Positions 60,071 through 64,000 of a stretch of 64,000 nucleotides of DNA are shown piece by piece. Made by a program: the position numbers and the translations under genes. Below the pieces are notes generated by a model. It saw only the letters and a program-made list of their open reading frames with translations. It ran no database searches and was not told the DNA's origin. Within the stretch, counting starts at the first letter, position 1, and the number at the start of each line of letters is the position of its first letter. The stretch comes from Octopus bimaculoides (taxonomy: Eukaryota), in assembly GCF_001194135.2 (NCBI RefSeq), contig NC_068990.1, positions 65,158,397 through 65,222,396 on the forward strand, given 5' to 3'.

Positions 60071-62001
60071 ATGAATACATGTGTGCGCGTGCGCGCATAT
60101 GCAAATTAGTAAATAATTTTTTTTAATTAAATTTTTTTTGGGATCCTTGGGGTTTGACGGGCAACATTTGTTTTCTTAACGAAACACTTTCAAACTTGGG
60201 ACACTGCTAGAATGTGTCATATAAAACAACTTCTTCTCTTAACCTTCTTAACAAAATTTTGTACATCGCAAGTTATTTCATGTTAAAGTTGTCGTATTNN
60301 NNNNNNNNNNNNNNNNNNNNNNNNNNNNNNNNNNNNNNNNNNNNNNNNNNNNNNNNNNNNNNNNNNNNNNNNNNNNNNNNNNNNNNNNNNNNNNNNNNNN
60401 NNNNNNNNNNNNNNNNNNNNNNNNNNNNNNNNNNNNNNNNNNNNNNNNNNNNNNNNNNNNNNNNNNNNNNNNNNNNNNNNNNNNNNNNNNNNNNNNNNNN
60501 NNNNNNNNNNNNNNNNNNNNNNNNNNNNNNNNNNNNNNNNNNNNNNNNNNNNNNNNNNNNNNNNNNNNNNNNNNNNNNNNNNNNNNNNNNNNNNNNNNNN
60601 NNNNNNNNNNNNNNNNNNNNNNNNNNNNNNNNNNNNNNNNNNNNNNNNNNNNNNNNNNNNNNNNNNNNNNNNNNNNNNNNNNNNNNNNNNNNNNNNNNNN
60701 NNNNNNNNNNNNNNNNNNNNNNNNNNNNNNNNNNNNNNNNNNNNNNNNNNNNNNNNNNNNNNNNNNNNNNNNNNNNNNNNNNNNNNNNNNNNNNNNNNNN
60801 NNNNNNNNNNNNNNNNNNNNNNNNNNNNNNNNNNNNNNNNNNNNNNNNNNNNNNNNNNNNNNNNNNNNNNNNNNNNNNNNNNNNNNNNNNNNNNNNNNNN
60901 NNNNNNNNNNNNNNNNNNNNNNNNNNNNNNNNNNNNNNNNNNNNNNNNNNNNNNNNNNNNNNNNNNNNNNNNNNNNNNNNNNNNNNNNNNNNNNNNNNNN
61001 NNNNNNNNNNNNNNNNNNNNNNNNNNNNNNNNNNNNNNNNNNNNNNNNNNNNNNNNNNNNNNNNNNNNNNNNNNNNNNNNNNNNNNNNNNNNNNNNNNNN
61101 NNNNNNNNNNNNNNNNNNNNNNNNNNNNNNNNNNNNNNNNNNNNNNNNNNNNNNNNNNNNNNNNNNNNNNNNNNNNNNNNNNNNNNNNNNNNNNNNNNNN
61201 NNNNNNNNNNNNNNNNNNNNNNNNNNNNNNNNNNNNNNNNNNNNNNNNNNNNNNNNNNNNNNNNNNNNNNNNNNNNNNNNNNNNNNNNNNNNNNNNNNGA
61301 TCGAAGAATTAAATCAAACGAAGGGAAACAACTTTTACAAAAAGCGACCAGGTATGATAAATATTGACGTCTTTTTCTATTCAGACAACTGGGTTGTTTT
61401 TATTTGAAAACCGTAAGTTAACAGATTTACTTCAAAACTCTGTGTGAATTATAGAGTTATGTTCCCCTCCAAGGATAAGGTATTTAAGCAGATATGAAAA
61501 CAACTACATTCCAGTTTCAAGTATGTACCACCGTGTTATAAACTTGAAAATAAAAGAGAGAAGTAAAAATTATGTTAATAAATAAGGACGAAGCTTTGAG
61601 AAAAGGTAGTAATACTAAAGAAATGAGTAAGATAAATGGATCTATAATAATTTTATATTTTACAATGCAAAAAGATATTTCTTCGTCCTAATTTTTACGT
61701 AAAGGATGGAACTTTCAAACTAAGAATGTTGATTTATAATTTTTTTTAATTCAGGGTGAACTATTTCATGAGATATAAAGAATATATTTATTCTTGCGCG
61801 AAGACAGGTGCGTCGATTGTTCTATGGGAGTGGATTTTACTAAAGTCTATATGATAATTTCGGCTCTAGCCGAGTCGCTTTTCGTTTGATATTTAATTTT
61901 AGTTTCTTACTCTTCGGCTTTTTGTCACTCGACCTGTTAGGAATAACAGTAAAAGACCTCCTCAACATATAGTAAAAATTAGATCATCTACCCCACTTTT
62001 T

Positions 62002-62283
62002 TTAATTGACTATAATTTCGTGTAAAGATCTCTTTCGAATGTTAGTTTTATAATTCATCGTTGAATATTTGTTGCAGATTTCATCTAGTTCTGTAGTATT
62101 GTGCTTTTCGTTGAATTTCCCTCCACAATTTTCACATGAGAATCTCAAGCATTGCAACACTATATCTTTCTGCACCCAGAAACATGCACCAATTGAAACA
62201 GGTATCTCTGGTTGAATACTTGTTTGCTTAGGAACCTCCTCACTTTCGGTATTTCTTCCTCTAAAATGATTTTTTATTTGTAG
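62002..62283 (-). pseudogene. Possible RPA70-like OB-fold/zinc-ribbon fragment (Helitron-type cargo)
   Basis: 93-codon stop-to-stop stretch with FSCENCGGKF...EICNKYS...HEIIVN*KSGVDDLIFTI; CxxC plus a degenerate CxxC, then a SG..T pattern as in RPA1 C-terminal OB folds. Confidence 0.35.
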
Positions 62284-63944
62284 CTACTGTATGTAGGTGT
62301 TGAAGCGAAAGTCTGAAAAACTGGAATTCTTTCGCTGAAAAGCAAATCTGTCAGATGTTGTACGAAATAGTTTGACAACCAATGTTATTATTTTCCTGAA
62401 TTATCCTATAGGAGCAAAAGGGCGGGGTAATGATTTTTACTAAAAGTTGTTTCGAGTTATTAATTGAATCTCATAGAATTTAACTTTGACCTTATGAGGT
62501 CGTATTACGTAAATTGCTATCATACTATATTGATATATATTATAAATATATTAAATTATTCACTCGATATTTTACGTCTCTAAGCTATCAATAATCCATC
62601 AATGTTGAATGTCTGTGTAATACCTGTTATGAACGCGTTGTGTTATATAATAGTTTAAATCAAGAGAAGCTATGGAGTATGAGTACGCTGTTTTTAGGGG
62701 AAAAATGGATTTTAATGAGAGTTGTCTTCCTTTGTATAATTGTGCAATTATTAGTGGTTCTATTTCATTTTTGGATTTGGTTTGCAAGATTTTTTATGTG
62801 ATTTCGTGTGTTGAAGCATATTCTGTTGTGTCTGGGGAGAGTCATTTTCTTATTGTGCCTTAAAATTTAACAATACTCACTGGTAAAATTTCCACTTATT
62901 TTCATTTTTATTTTCCTGAAATTCTCGTTGCGTCTTGCAACCTTAACAATAGTCTTGACTGTCCGTTATTTACGCTGCGTTCTCTTTTGTTTTTGTTTGT
63001 TTTTGCGCATGTGTGTGTCTCAGTGTGTGTGTATGTATGTATGCATGCAAATTCTGCTGAAGTCAACTTTGCCTTCCATCCTTTTGGGGGCGGTATAATT
63101 AACTTTTAATCTCTCCTGGGTAAGAGTATAAAAAGTGCATCCCTTTGTCATGCCAGTGTTGCATAGTAGGTTCATTAAACCATAAGTATGGTCTTAAGCT
63201 CAAATTTACGGCCTCCTCATCAGACTATAGTTGGTGGAAGGAACATGCTGAGAATTTCAATCTGTAGTGGACTAAACATATACAATCCAATATGTATATA
63301 TTTATCTTTTATACTTGTTTCGGTCAACCATGAGCGTTTCTAGTTGAATAAATCGACACCAGTACTTACTCCTGTTTTATATATATAATGCACACACACT
63401 CAAATACTTTGAACACAGATGGAAACATTTGATAAGTTCATTTGTAAAAATTTACATCTACAAATTATCAATATAGAAATTATACTGTAAAATTTCTACT
63501 GGCAAATCATGGCTTTAAGTATCCTTGATATCTCATGCTGTTTTCTCTCACATTTCAGAATATCAGAAGTCATTGGAATTGGAGAAGTTTTCACCTTAGA
63601 TGCATCATCAATATTTATCATCTTTTCAAGACTAAAGGAAGTTGTTATTCTGAACAGATATAATCTTATTGATATAATCTATGCAGAATGATTGAAATAT
63701 TTCTTCTAAACTGAGGTTTTTGTTCCACACTATTTGGGACATGTATAAAATGATTTTGCTCTCTAATTAAACTTGGAAATATTTACAAAGGAGTATGCCA
63801 CATCTCCAGATATTCACAAAGTTCATGATTGGTGGAAATACAGCAATAAAAATATTTCGAAAGACAAAGAATATTCTATACATTGTGGTGAATTGTAAGG
63901 AAATTATGTGTAAAACTTAAAGGATCGATTTCTTTCCTGAAGAG

Positions 63945-64000
63945 ATGCCAAAAGAGATAGGAAAATCCTCATACCACTGTGACATCTGTAAAAAGGTATT
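63945..64000 (+). CDS. Start of a C2H2 zinc-finger protein (runs off the window)
   Basis: ATG 63945: MPKEIGKSSYHCDICKKVF; in-frame stop upstream at 63918; candidate acceptor tttcAG at 63558. Confidence 0.65.
   Translation, partial: MPKEIGKSSYHCDICKKV

Noticed and set aside
23020-62283. A single ssDNA-recombination system made of Helitron helicase, NS1 helicase, YqaJ exonuclease and an RPA-like protein
   Set aside because: The parts lie in separate elements with their own termini, differ greatly in decay, and are up to 38 kb apart; co-occurrence is explained by TE density.
62599-62863. Short ORFs possibly from a LINE C-terminus
   Set aside because: No diagnostic motif recognised with enough confidence.

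Overview
AT-rich, intron-rich eukaryotic genomic DNA with four N-gaps (13258-13337, 26057-27005, 39994-40200, 60299-61298). The repeat families, microsatellites and zinc-finger gene style suggest an octopus or other cephalopod (inference). Positions 1-13.0 kb hold the last nine coding exons of a + strand CPS1/CPS III-type carbamoyl-phosphate synthetase (392 codons plus stop, all GT-AG introns, phases consistent). The rest is mostly decayed mobile DNA: a Penelope-like element with inverted termini, a HERO/NeSL-like 5' fragment, a Helitron helicase, an endogenous parvovirus NS1 helicase ORF, several Tc1/mariner elements (one triple-nested), Ty3/gypsy LTR remnants, MULE, hAT, an ISL2EU-type element (SAP-SWIM-YqaJ gene plus a convergent transposase end), and many RTE tails and SINEs. 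Within 21-49 kb is a host-gene story the ORF track misses: two inverted, decayed ankyrin-RING-death-domain (Mind-bomb-like) paralogues face each other, and the terminal death-domain exon of the + copy is amplified in a roughly 1.1-1.3 kb tandem array. A C2H2 zinc-finger gene starts at the right edge. No CRISPR, rRNA or genuine tRNA genes were seen. All protein assignments come from motif recognition by eye, not database searches.
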